From a virus (Duplodnaviria > Heunggongvirae > Uroviricota > Caudoviricetes), in IMG/VR virus record IMGVR_UViG_2671180357_000001, positions 1 to 30,616 of that record: a DNA stretch of 30,616 bases. The stretch is one strand, 5' to 3'. Below are positions 20,114-27,407 of this stretch, piece by piece; position 1 is the first letter of the stretch; every line of letters starts with the position of its first letter. A model generated the notes under the pieces. It did not search any database and was not told the DNA's origin. It saw only the letters and a list, made by a program, of their open reading frames with translations. The translations under genes were made by a program, and so were the position numbers.

Positions 20114-20513
20114 GGCTTTCACCATTAAAAAGTCGCTTGTAAGCATCAATGTCTCGTTTTGCTTCACCAAGCTTTCGTCTTAATTCCATGTTTTCTGATT
20201 CAAGCTTTTCCATATCTTGCTGGTATCGATCGCGGTGTTCTTTCCATGCTTTTCGATACGCCTTCATGTATGTCGTTTTGGCCTTTCTCTTTGCCTGACG
20301 AACTGCGTGGTGGTTTTCCACAAACCAGTCAGGGTCGTTAAATGCTGCTCTGGCGCATGTATACCAATAATTTGTTGCCTCCCTGTTTAGCCAACAAATA
20401 CTGATAAATGGCAACTGTATCGACACCATTTTTCGTTGAGACTCTTTCTCGCCAAACATGTGCCCTTTTTTGATGCTAAGGCCAAATCCAGGTTGAATTA
20501 AAAGCATTGTCAT
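20106..20513 (-). CDS. Hypothetical protein (about 136 aa) with coiled-coil C-terminus
   Basis: ORF 20106..20549 trimmed to the ATG that overlaps the NinE stop as ATGA; no family recognised. Confidence 0.45.
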
Positions 20514-20686
20514 TTCCTCGCACGATGTCTTAGCCACCGGATATCCCACAGGTGATCCGTGTAGTTGAAGGTTTTTACGTCAGATTCTTTTGGAATTGGC
20601 TTGCGTTTATTTCTGGAGCGTTTCGTTGGAAGGTATTTGCAGTTTTCGCAGATGATGTCGGTGAAACTTCGTCGCTGTCGTCTCAT
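20510..20686 (-). CDS. ninE: NinE-like protein
   Basis: 58-aa ORF absent from the track; [58 protein letters not shown] resembles recalled lambda NinE; ATGA overlap with the ninB stop. Confidence 0.6.
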   Translation of the reverse strand: MRRQRRSFTDIICENCKYLPTKRSRNKRKPIPKESDVKTFNYTDHLWDIRWLRHRARK

Positions 20687-21093
20687 TCGTACCTCCTGTC
20701 GGTAAATCTGACACCCTGACCAATAGCCCAGGCTGTTGTGTACTCGATCAGACTTGCCATACGCTTCACACTCATCTGCGCGCTGCTTTCGCGAATGTTG
20801 ACGTATTCGCCTTCAAGCCCGGGCAAAACATCAGCTTCCTGCTTTGTTGCCACTGCATGACCGCTTATCAACAAAACCTTCCATTGTTCTGGTTTTAACC
20901 ATTTATCGCGCCACTGAACTTGCCTGGCGATATCTGCGACCATCGCGTGAAATTTTGCGTTCTGGTCAAGGTTGCGCTTGTAGTCAGTAATGCGGATGGT
21001 AACTGGCTTGTCTTTATCGAGTGGTGTTGCGAGGATGGCGTTGATTGCGGCTTGCTGTTGTTGCTTAGTTCGGAGGAAGATTGTTTGCTTCAT
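20683..21093 (-). CDS. ninB: NinB/Orf-family recombination mediator
   Basis: ORF 20683..21147 trimmed to Met19 with GAGGTGA RBS; resembles recalled lambda NinB. Confidence 0.75.
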   Translation of the reverse strand: MKQTIFLRTKQQQQAAINAILATPLDKDKPVTIRITDYKRNLDQNAKFHAMVADIARQVQWRDKWLKPEQWKVLLISGHAVATKQEADVLPGLEGEYVNIRESSAQMSVKRMASLIEYTTAWAIGQGVRFTDRRYE

Positions 21094-21125
21094 TGTCACC
21101 TCAACTAACAAAACGCCACGCCATT

Positions 21126-21281
21126 TTATAGGCTCCATCCATCCCATTTTCTCTCACCAAAAATATGCCTGTGCCATTCTTCCCGCTGCCGTCTCCATAG
21201 TTCCATCATGTCTGGCTGGTTCTTTTCTCGCATTTTTCGAATCTGCTCAAGGATGAACTCTATTTGCTGCTGATTTGTCAT
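21126..21281 (-). CDS. Small hypothetical protein (51 aa)
   Basis: Manually translated: MTNQQQIEFILEQIRKMREKNQPDMMELWRRQREEWHRHIFGERKWDGWSL; AAGGAG 5 nt upstream of the ATG. Confidence 0.4.
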   Translation of the reverse strand: MTNQQQIEFILEQIRKMREKNQPDMMELWRRQREEWHRHIFGERKWDGWSL

Positions 21282-21291
21282 ACTCACTCCT

Positions 21292-21507
21292 TTACTTTAA
21301 ATCCAGACTCCGAATAATTCTGTTGCGCTGAAACTCATTGTTGAGTTTGGACAACCGTCGAAGAACACGGTCACGCGGATAGCGTCGTGCGGCAGGTGAA
21401 TGCTCATACAACTCATCAAGCGGCAAACTGGACGATGAACGATACCGATACCAACGCACCAACTCTTCACGAAAATTAGCCCTGACAAGTTCAGCTATCG
21501 AACTCAT
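21292..21507 (-). CDS. Hypothetical Arg-rich protein (71 aa)
   Basis: ORF with GGAGG RBS; no family recognised. Confidence 0.5.
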   Translation of the reverse strand: MSSIAELVRANFREELVRWYRYRSSSSLPLDELYEHSPAARRYPRDRVLRRLSKLNNEFQRNRIIRSLDLK

Positions 21508-21596
21508 TTCTTAAAGCCTCCAATTACTCTCCCCCAAATAAAAAGGCCTGCGATTACCAGCAGGCCTGTTACAAGCTCAGTGATGTAGATGGTCAT
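21504..21596 (-). CDS. Candidate 30-aa hydrophobic micro-ORF linking helicase and the 71-aa ORF
   Basis: MTIYITELVTGLLVIAGLFIWGRVIGGFKK; ATG directly follows the helicase stop and its stop overlaps the next ATG as ATGA; a terminator hairpin lies inside it, so it may be non-coding. Confidence 0.25.
   Translation of the reverse strand: MTIYITELVTGLLVIAGLFIWGRVIGGFKK
21535..21567 (-). terminator. Rho-independent terminator downstream of the helicase gene (tR2-like position)
   Basis: Minus-strand perfect 8-bp stem AGGCCUGC/GCAGGCCU with 8-nt loop, followed by UUUUUAUUU. Confidence 0.6.
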
Positions 21597-23477
21597 TTAA
21601 TACTCCGTCACGTTTTCCTGTCGCCACGCCTCGTCATATTCCGATTTCGGCATATTGGCGATGTAGCTATATGGAGATCCTGATTCAAGTTGCAGGAACT
21701 GGTGCGATTGCTCGTCAAGGAACAACGGGACACCACCTTCCCAACCTTCGCCGTTACGTTGTTTTTCAAGCATCAAAACAGATGCCGGAGATGCCAGTAG
21801 CTGTTCGTCCTTCTCTGACATTTTTTCACCACTCTGAACTCTCTGTAACGCTCTCTCGCGAGCCTTGTTACGCCAGATGATGAAAAGGTTGTCTGTCAGG
21901 TCTGTTATCGCTCCAGAGCCTTTTACGTCCATTTTCCCGGTTGGTTTTTCTTCGCTGTCTCCTTTTCGCGAGTGAGTAACGAGAATGACGTGGGAGTTTG
22001 TTTTGTTTTTGAAGTCGCAAATCGAGTCAACAAACGCCTTCTGCCCGTTATAGTCATCGTCGCCTATGCCACATTTCATCAGGCTGTCGATGATGAATAA
22101 CTGGATCCCGTATCGGCGGCGAGCGTAGTCGAATATTTCGATCAGCCTGTCGGCTTTCGCCGTTCCGGTCAGGCCAAACACCCAAAGTCTTTCGTCATAA
22201 AATTTAAATGCAGAGTCAATTTCCAGCACTGGCGGCATCTTGCAGCACGTCGCCTGACGGGTAAGGCGCTTAAGGAGAATACCAGGCTTCAGCTCAAGTG
22301 ACGCGATGCACGTCTTCACACCCTGACGCATTGCCTCAAGTGCCATATGCCCGACAACCTCCGTTTTTCCGTGACCGTTCACACCATTGACCAGCGTCAA
22401 CTCGGCCTCACGGAACTGGAATTTATCTGCCAGAGATTCCCACGGTGGATTAAACAGATACTGCTGCTTGCCGTAGAAAGCGTTGATAGTGTCCTGGTAA
22501 AACTCTCGCGCGCTGTAGAGTTCTTCAGGATCGAAGTAGGATGCCGTGCCAATGTACTGCCAGATTTCATCCTCGGTAACACCGTTCATCAGGCATTCGT
22601 TGATGTCTTTGTACGGCAGAGTAACAAGACGGCAACGATGTTCACCGAGTCGGCTTGCGATTTCCCTTGCGGCTTCACGACCAACATCATCAACGTCCAT
22701 CGAGATAAATATTTCCTCAAACCTGTCGAGGTTGTGATACTCAAACTCAATCCACTGCTGCTTAGCGCCTTTCCCGCCACCAAACGGCACGGATAACGCC
22801 GAGATGCCGTATTGCGCATAGCTCATACAATCAATTTCGCCTTCGCAAAGTACAACTGCCCTCACGCCAGCGTCCAGAGCCTGCCATCCGAACAGACAAG
22901 GTTCGCAATCACCTTCTGCCATAATGACTTTCTTCCCGTCCGGGCGCTCAGTGCTGATTCGCTTGACCTGCAACAACTCACCATCGCGTTTGTACGGAAT
23001 CACCAGAGCATCCAGTTCCCGCTCTCCATTCCACACCTTGCCGCTGACAACCTCGTAGCGCTTTACGACTTCTGGCGATATGCCACGCGATTGCAGGTAC
23101 TCAAGATGGGATTCTGTCCTGGTAACGTAGCGGGCGATTTTCTTGCGATCAGGTCTGGAGAATTTCTTCTCACGTTTGGCATCGAAATGGTGATCGTCAT
23201 CCTTGATTCCGAGAAATGCTTTCGCTTCCTGCATCGCCTGATGCAGGTTAATTCCACGACATGCCATCCACAAATCAAGCATGTCACCGCCGTCTCCCTC
23301 AGCGAAATCAGCCCATTTTTTCTTGCCGCTAAGGTTGACCTTAAGGCTGTTTCCCTTGTCACCGTTGACGTTACCGGCAACCCACTCATGCCCCTCTTTC
23401 TTGCCGTTTGGCAACAGGTGCGGAGCCACCCTGTCAACCTGCGCCCAAAGCAGGTCGCTAAGTTCACTTGGCCTCAT
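21597..23477 (-). CDS. Bifunctional DNA primase/replicative helicase
   Basis: 626 aa; N-terminal zinc-binding/toprim-like region and C-terminal helicase with Walker A GVNGHGKT; occupies the lambda P / P22 gene 12 position. Confidence 0.8.
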   Translation of the reverse strand: MRPSELSDLLWAQVDRVAPHLLPNGKKEGHEWVAGNVNGDKGNSLKVNLSGKKKWADFAEGDGGDMLDLWMACRGINLHQAMQEAKAFLGIKDDDHHFDAKREKKFSRPDRKKIARYVTRTESHLEYLQSRGISPEVVKRYEVVSGKVWNGERELDALVIPYKRDGELLQVKRISTERPDGKKVIMAEGDCEPCLFGWQALDAGVRAVVLCEGEIDCMSYAQYGISALSVPFGGGKGAKQQWIEFEYHNLDRFEEIFISMDVDDVGREAAREIASRLGEHRCRLVTLPYKDINECLMNGVTEDEIWQYIGTASYFDPEELYSAREFYQDTINAFYGKQQYLFNPPWESLADKFQFREAELTLVNGVNGHGKTEVVGHMALEAMRQGVKTCIASLELKPGILLKRLTRQATCCKMPPVLEIDSAFKFYDERLWVFGLTGTAKADRLIEIFDYARRRYGIQLFIIDSLMKCGIGDDDYNGQKAFVDSICDFKNKTNSHVILVTHSRKGDSEEKPTGKMDVKGSGAITDLTDNLFIIWRNKARERALQRVQSGEKMSEKDEQLLASPASVLMLEKQRNGEGWEGGVPLFLDEQSHQFLQLESGSPYSYIANMPKSEYDEAWRQENVTEY

Positions 23478-23584
23478 GATTCCCTCAGATTGAGATTTTT
23501 AAACCAGAAATCGACAAACGAAATACTTAACCAGCCGTGGTTATAACCAGCGACCAGTAGCGATTTGATTTTTGATTTCATGGT

Positions 23585-24445
23585 TCACCTGTCGAAAAAC
23601 ACGTAGCCAGTTTTCGATACGGTGATTGCGGATGATGGTTTGGATTGTGGTTGAATAGTTTCTGGCTTCTCGTCGTTCCAGCGCTGACCGTTCAGGTAGC
23701 TCGATGGTAACAACCTGTCGAATCCGAACTGCTTACCATTCCTGCATGCGATGTCTTCTGCCAGCATCGTGGCAAACTCGCTTGCCGTACCCCTGGTAGT
23801 TTTACGCCATTCCCTGAACTGTGTTCTGAATGCCGAAGCTGCGTTTTTCTTCCCGGCTTTCCGCATGCCTGCACACCAGAATATTTCCTCGAATGCCTTG
23901 TCGGTTTCTTCGTGACGGTCAGATGATTTTTCACACTCCGTCCGAACACTTTCGGACATAGTGTTTTTATTATTTCTTTTTTCTTTTGTAATAGTTTCTT
24001 TTGTGTGTCCCTGTTTTGGTGACAGCGCTGTCACCGTTTTGGTGACACTTTTTGTCACCAATGCAGTGACATTATCACCAGAGTAGTGACACCCTTCGAT
24101 TTGCCATTCCTCGATGTTCTTGTTAGGCCCGATTTGCTGGCCTTCGCGAAGGATTACCTTCATCGCGATAAGCTCATTCTTGGCCTTGTTTACCTTCTGT
24201 CTTGGCAGCCTGGTAATTTGAGCTAACTGACTATCAGAGATGCGATCCATCTTTTTACCGTAGCCGTATGTTTTACGGCATATGGCGTGGGCAACCTTGC
24301 TCTGATTTTTCGTTAAATCTGCGCCGATAAGCTCTTCATACAGGGCATTTGCAAGACGGGTATAACCATCTTCAACTTCTGCCACACGACGCTCCACAGG
24401 CCGTTGTGAAGGCCTTAAATGTGTTACGGTTGCAAGATTACTCAT
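23585..24445 (-). CDS. O: Replication initiator, lambda O-like N-terminal domain
   Basis: N-terminal region ([53 protein letters not shown]) resembles recalled lambda O; origin iterons lie inside the gene. Confidence 0.8.
   Translation of the reverse strand: MSNLATVTHLRPSQRPVERRVAEVEDGYTRLANALYEELIGADLTKNQSKVAHAICRKTYGYGKKMDRISDSQLAQITRLPRQKVNKAKNELIAMKVILREGQQIGPNKNIEEWQIEGCHYSGDNVTALVTKSVTKTVTALSPKQGHTKETITKEKRNNKNTMSESVRTECEKSSDRHEETDKAFEEIFWCAGMRKAGKKNAASAFRTQFREWRKTTRGTASEFATMLAEDIACRNGKQFGFDRLLPSSYLNGQRWNDEKPETIQPQSKPSSAITVSKTGYVFFDR
23957..24075. promoter_or_regulatory. Replication origin: palindromic GGTGACA/TGTCACC iterons plus adjacent AT-rich region, inside the O gene
   Basis: Perfect 18-bp palindrome GGTGACAGCGCTGTCACC, a 19-bp GGTGACACTTTTTGTCACC and further half-sites, followed on the O coding strand by an AT-rich stretch. 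Confidence 0.6.
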
Positions 24446-24584
24446 GACCTTTCTCCTTCTGCATCAGCTTCACTTTTTCCAACTCAGCCCGGAATCGACC
24501 AGGCTGCTTGAAGCTGGACAGGAAGCGATCACGTAGTATGTGTTTGTGAATTTTGTCCTGGTAAGGACTGAGTTGTTTTGTCAT
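24438..24584 (-). CDS. Small basic hypothetical protein (48 aa) between cII and O
   Basis: [48 protein letters not shown]; AGGAG 5 nt upstream of the ATG; 3' end overlaps the O start. Confidence 0.4.
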   Translation of the reverse strand: MTKQLSPYQDKIHKHILRDRFLSSFKQPGRFRAELEKVKLMQKEKGHE

Positions 24585-24616
24585 AATGACTCCTGTGGAT
24601 TGATCCAGTAATTACC

Positions 24617-24913
24617 TCAGAATTGCATATCAATTTGCTTAAAATCCTCGGTGGCGGCCGGGGATTTTTTCTTTGTGATTTCATCAAGCGCATACTTAAA
24701 AGCCCTGCTAATCGGACTGATGTCTGATGCCATTCCGAAAGCACACAAGACCGAAGCAATAAATCTCCAGTCCGTTCTGCTTATCTTCGATTCATGACAG
24801 CCAATCATCTTTGCCAAACCGCGCTGGGTAAGCGTTGACAGGTTGATGAGTAAATCTGTTTCTGCGCGATCAACGTCGCGCTGTGATAGTTTGCTGTAAC
24901 TTGTTTGTTCCAT
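24617..24913 (-). CDS. cII: CII-like transcriptional activator
   Basis: 98 aa; HTH region and C-terminal KKKSPAATEDFKQIDMQF resemble recalled lambda CII. Confidence 0.75.
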   Translation of the reverse strand: MEQTSYSKLSQRDVDRAETDLLINLSTLTQRGLAKMIGCHESKISRTDWRFIASVLCAFGMASDISPISRAFKYALDEITKKKSPAATEDFKQIDMQF

Positions 24914-24977
24914 TTCTTACTATTTCCATAGGTAAATAATCACTAATACTCATCTTTCGATGAGTGATTAATTAGTT

Positions 24978-25011
24978 ACCGCGTTGTCGGCGGTGCAGAT
25001 TGATAAAGAGC
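24978..25011 (-). promoter_or_regulatory. nutR: boxA (GCTCTTTAT) and boxB hairpin (ACCGC-CGACAAC-GCGGU) between cro and cII
   Basis: boxA matches the nutL boxA; boxB loop shares the GACAA core with the nutL boxB; placement as in lambda and P22. Confidence 0.55.
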
Positions 25012-25022
25012 TGATCCGCTTA

Positions 25023-25238
25023 TTAAGCGGCTTTGTGTTCCGGCGGGAACACGTCATCAAGACTGACTTTTGCGCCTAACTTGTTTAGGCACGCAACAAG
25101 AGCACGGCATGTTTTAAGGTCTGGGAAGCGACGACCAGATTCCCAATGTCCGATAGCTCCCTGTGTGCATCCAACCGCCTTAGCAAGTGTTGTTTGAGAG
25201 ATATTCAGTGACTCTCGATATTTTCGTAGGTTGCTCAT
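25023..25238 (-). CDS. cro: Cro-like HTH repressor
   Basis: ORF 25023..25409 trimmed to Met58 (MSNLRKYRESLNISQTTLAKAVGCTQGAIGHWESGRR...), GGAGGG RBS; divergent from cI; recognition helix nearly identical to the cI N-terminal helix. Confidence 0.75.
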   Translation of the reverse strand: MSNLRKYRESLNISQTTLAKAVGCTQGAIGHWESGRRFPDLKTCRALVACLNKLGAKVSLDDVFPPEHKAA

Positions 25239-25264
25239 ATGCCCTCCATAGTAACCATGAAACA

Positions 25265-25293
25265 ATAATACGATATGTACTTTTGGAATGCAA
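25265..25293 (-). promoter_or_regulatory. pR candidate promoter (TTGCAT-N17-TATTAT) driving cro
   Basis: Minus-strand -35/-10 hexamers with 17-nt spacer; the spacer closely resembles the pL spacer. Confidence 0.5.
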
Positions 25294-25340
25294 ACAAAAA
25301 ATACATCTTGTGCATGGATGGTTTTAGTACAGAGCGTAAT
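25267..25340. promoter_or_regulatory. oR: three candidate 15-bp repressor operator sites (about 25267-25281, 25300-25314, 25326-25340)
   Basis: 6-3-6 sites of the form A(A/G)TACA-N3-(C/T)GT..., e.g. AATACGATATGTACT; the same motif recurs three times at oL. Confidence 0.5.
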
Positions 25341-25355
25341 AATAAGGATATGAAG

Positions 25356-26009
25356 ATGAAATGGTATGAACTGGCTAGATCCAGAATGAAAGAACTCGGC
25401 ATAACTCAAGAGAAGTTAGCTGAAGAGCTTGGTATGACGCAGGGTGGAATTGGTCACTGGTTGCGCGGATCTCGTCATCCATCTCTTGACGAGATTGGTG
25501 TGGTGTTTAAATACCTTGGTATTGATAACGTCTCATTCAACCACGACGGTACATTTTCACCTGTTGGCGAATACTCATCTGCCCCCGTTAAAAAACAATA
25601 TGAGTACCCTGTTTTTTCTCATGTTCAGGCCGGGATGTTCTCGCCTGAGCTTAGAACCTTTACCAAAGGTGATGCGGAGAGATGGGTCAGCACAACCAAA
25701 AAAGCCAGTGATTGTGCGTTTTGGCTTGAAGTTGAAGGTAATTCCATGACCGCACCAACAGGATCCAAGCCAAGCTTTCCTGACGGGATGTTAATTCTCG
25801 TTGACCCTGAGCAGGCTGTTGAGCCAGGTGATTTCTGCATAGCCAGACTTGGTGGTGACGAGTTTACCTTCAAGAAACTGATCAGGGATAGCGGTCAGGT
25901 GTTCCTACAACCACTAAACCCGCAATATCCAATGATCCCATGCAATGATAGCTGTTCCGTAGTAGGGAAAGTTATCGCCAGCCAGTGGCCTGAAGAGACA
26001 TTTAGTTAA
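25356..26009 (+). CDS. cI: CI-type prophage repressor (S24 LexA-like autopeptidase); C-terminal domain lambda cI-like, N-terminal HTH domain distinct
   Basis: ORF 25275..26009 trimmed to Met28; residues from [21 protein letters not shown] to the end are near-identical to recalled lambda cI, including the Ala-Gly cleavage site; N-terminal HTH differs. Confidence 0.85.
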   Translation: MKWYELARSRMKELGITQEKLAEELGMTQGGIGHWLRGSRHPSLDEIGVVFKYLGIDNVSFNHDGTFSPVGEYSSAPVKKQYEYPVFSHVQAGMFSPELRTFTKGDAERWVSTTKKASDCAFWLEVEGNSMTAPTGSKPSFPDGMLILVDPEQAVEPGDFCIARLGGDEFTFKKLIRDSGQVFLQPLNPQYPMIPCNDSCSVVGKVIASQWPEETFS

Positions 26010-26041
26010 CAGCCTCACCACTCTAAAACACACAACAATAA

Positions 26042-26069
26042 CCCGACCTTAGCGTCGGGTTTTCTTTTT
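26042..26069 (+). terminator. Rho-independent terminator after cI
   Basis: CCCGAC-CTTAGC-GTCGGG hairpin followed by TTTTCTTTTT. Confidence 0.6.
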
Positions 26070-26088
26070 CCAAAATATAAATCAATAA

Positions 26089-26161
26089 AATACAAAGTGT
26101 TATAAAAAACTAACCACATTTAGAACATTTTGTATTGACTCAATAAAGTACACATCGTACT
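26089..26161. promoter_or_regulatory. oL: three candidate 15-bp operator sites (about 26089-26103, 26122-26136, 26147-26161)
   Basis: AATACAAAGTGTTAT, AGAACATTTTGTATT and AGTACACATCGTACT; the last overlaps the pL spacer and -10 and matches an oR site at 13 of 15 positions. Confidence 0.5.
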
Positions 26162-26163
26162 AT
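26135..26163 (+). promoter_or_regulatory. pL candidate promoter (TTGACT-N17-TACTAT)
   Basis: Good -35/-10 hexamers with 17-bp spacer, upstream of nutL and N. Confidence 0.55.
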
Positions 26164-26209
26164 TTAGCCATCAGCAGGAAGCTGGAAGCCAAACGGAACA
26201 GATTGGCAG

Positions 26210-26243
26210 GCTCTTTAACTTCGATGGGGCGCTGACAAAGCGC
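26210..26243 (+). promoter_or_regulatory. nutL: boxA (GCTCTTTAA) and boxB hairpin (GCGC-TGACAAA-GCGC)
   Basis: boxB matches the recalled P22 nutL boxB; boxA-like element 10 nt upstream; lies between pL and the N start. Confidence 0.65.
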
Positions 26244-26362
26244 AAACAGATACCAAACGAGATGGGTTTGGCGGTGATGTGAATTGCAGCTGCAACGACA
26301 GCAACCAGAAGATCAGCACCTGGCGCATCACCACCAAAGCCATTTCACATGAGGAAAATATC

Positions 26363-26671
26363 ATGACGGTAATCGTGTACGGGAAATCAACATTTGCAGG
26401 AAATGCCAAAACTCGCCGTCATGAGCGGCGCAGAAAGCTGGCTATCGAGCGTGATGCTATATGCAACATCATCGATTCGATCTTCGGCACAGACAGTGAG
26501 GAACCTGTTCAGGAAGCCCCGAGAAAACGTTTAATCCTTTCTGAAAAAGCAATATCACTCGGCAACATTCGTAACCAAAATACCGACGAATGCAGTGGAA
26601 GTATTTGCCTGCCAAACGTAGCTCTTTACGCGGCAGGCTACCGGAAATCAAAACAACTGACGGCGAGGTAA
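26363..26671 (+). CDS. N: Antitermination protein N, P22 gp24-type
   Basis: ORF 26279..26671 trimmed to Met29 (MTVIVYGKSTFAGNAKTRRHERRRKLAIERD...), an arginine-rich motif matching recalled P22 gp24; GAGGAAAA RBS. Confidence 0.75.
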   Translation: MTVIVYGKSTFAGNAKTRRHERRRKLAIERDAICNIIDSIFGTDSEEPVQEAPRKRLILSEKAISLGNIRNQNTDECSGSICLPNVALYAAGYRKSKQLTAR

Positions 26672-26674
26672 GTG

Positions 26675-26899
26675 ATGAATCAGACATACATTCCATCATG
26701 CTTGAGAAATCTGCCAAAGCAGAAAGCAAAGCCCAGCAAGCAAGCCATAAAGGACGCTAAGGCAGAGGTTATTGATCAAGCAATACAATTGCTCAGGGAG
26801 GAGTTAAGAAGTGGCAAGCTCGAAGGAATGATGATGCCCTATCAGCGCGGATATCTATCGGCGATTAGTAAGTTGGAAGTATTGAAGAGTGAATTATGA
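26675..26899 (+). CDS. Hypothetical protein (74 aa), first gene downstream of N
   Basis: ORF track 26672..26899 begins at GTG; ATG at 26675 with GAGG upstream; Lys-rich, predicted helical; no family recognised. Confidence 0.5.
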   Translation: MNQTYIPSCLRNLPKQKAKPSKQAIKDAKAEVIDQAIQLLREELRSGKLEGMMMPYQRGYLSAISKLEVLKSEL

Positions 26900-26961
26900 A
26901 CTATCTGGAATTTCCGGATGGTTCATTATTTTGGCAGCAAACCACTTATTTGAGGTGAGAT

Positions 26962-27048
26962 ATGGAAGAAGAATTTGAAGAGTTCGAAGAGCATCCGCAG
27001 GATGTGATGGAACAATACCAGGACTATCCTTATGACTACGACTATTGA
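26962..27048 (+). CDS. Candidate acidic/aromatic micro-protein (28 aa)
   Basis: MEEEFEEFEEHPQDVMEQYQDYPYDYDY; GAGGTGA immediately upstream; 3' end overlaps the ral start by 17 nt; may be a coupling leader. Confidence 0.3.
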   Translation: MEEEFEEFEEHPQDVMEQYQDYPYDYDY

Positions 27049-27232
27049 TAAAAATCAATGGTGTGGACAATTCAAGCGATGCAATGGATGCAAGCTGCAA
27101 TCGGAATGCATGGTTAAGCCTGAAGAAATGTTTCCTGTAATGGAGGATGGGAAATATGTCGATAAATGGGCAATACGAACGACGGCAATGATTGCCAGAG
27201 AACTTGGTAAACAGAACAACAAGGCTGCCTAA
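27032..27232 (+). CDS. ral: Ral-like restriction alleviation protein
   Basis: 66 aa, MTTTIDKNQWCGQFKRCNGCKLQSECMV... matches recalled lambda Ral; position downstream of N. Confidence 0.7.
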   Translation: MTTTIDKNQWCGQFKRCNGCKLQSECMVKPEEMFPVMEDGKYVDKWAIRTTAMIARELGKQNNKAA

Positions 27233-27368
27233 TGGTGGCCTTTATTTTTGGCATAAACAACAGAATAAACACTGCACTGTGTATTCATTCCAACGAGTGA
27301 ATACACGGAGCAATGTCGCTCGTAACTAAACAGGAGCCGACTTGTTCTGATTATTGGAAATCTTCTTT

Positions 27369-27395
27369 GCCCTCCAGTGTGAGGGCAATTTTTTT
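27369..27395 (+). terminator. Rho-independent terminator just upstream of the EAKR-protein gene
   Basis: GCCCTC-CAGTGT-GAGGGC hairpin followed by AATTTTTTT. Confidence 0.55.
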
Positions 27396-27407
27396 GACGG
27401 AGGATAT

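Noticed and set aside
22812-23546. 244-aa plus-strand ORF
   Set aside because: Antisense to the primase-helicase gene; no supporting signals.
24529-24759. 76-aa minus-strand ORF
   Set aside because: Overlaps the cII gene in another frame; the region is better explained by cII plus the 48-aa ORF at 24438..24584.
25239-25409. N-terminal extension of the cro ORF and of the cI ORF (25275..25355) as given in the ORF track
   Set aside because: The extensions overlap each other and the operator/promoter region; internal Mets with proper RBSs give a 71-aa Cro and a cI starting at 25356.
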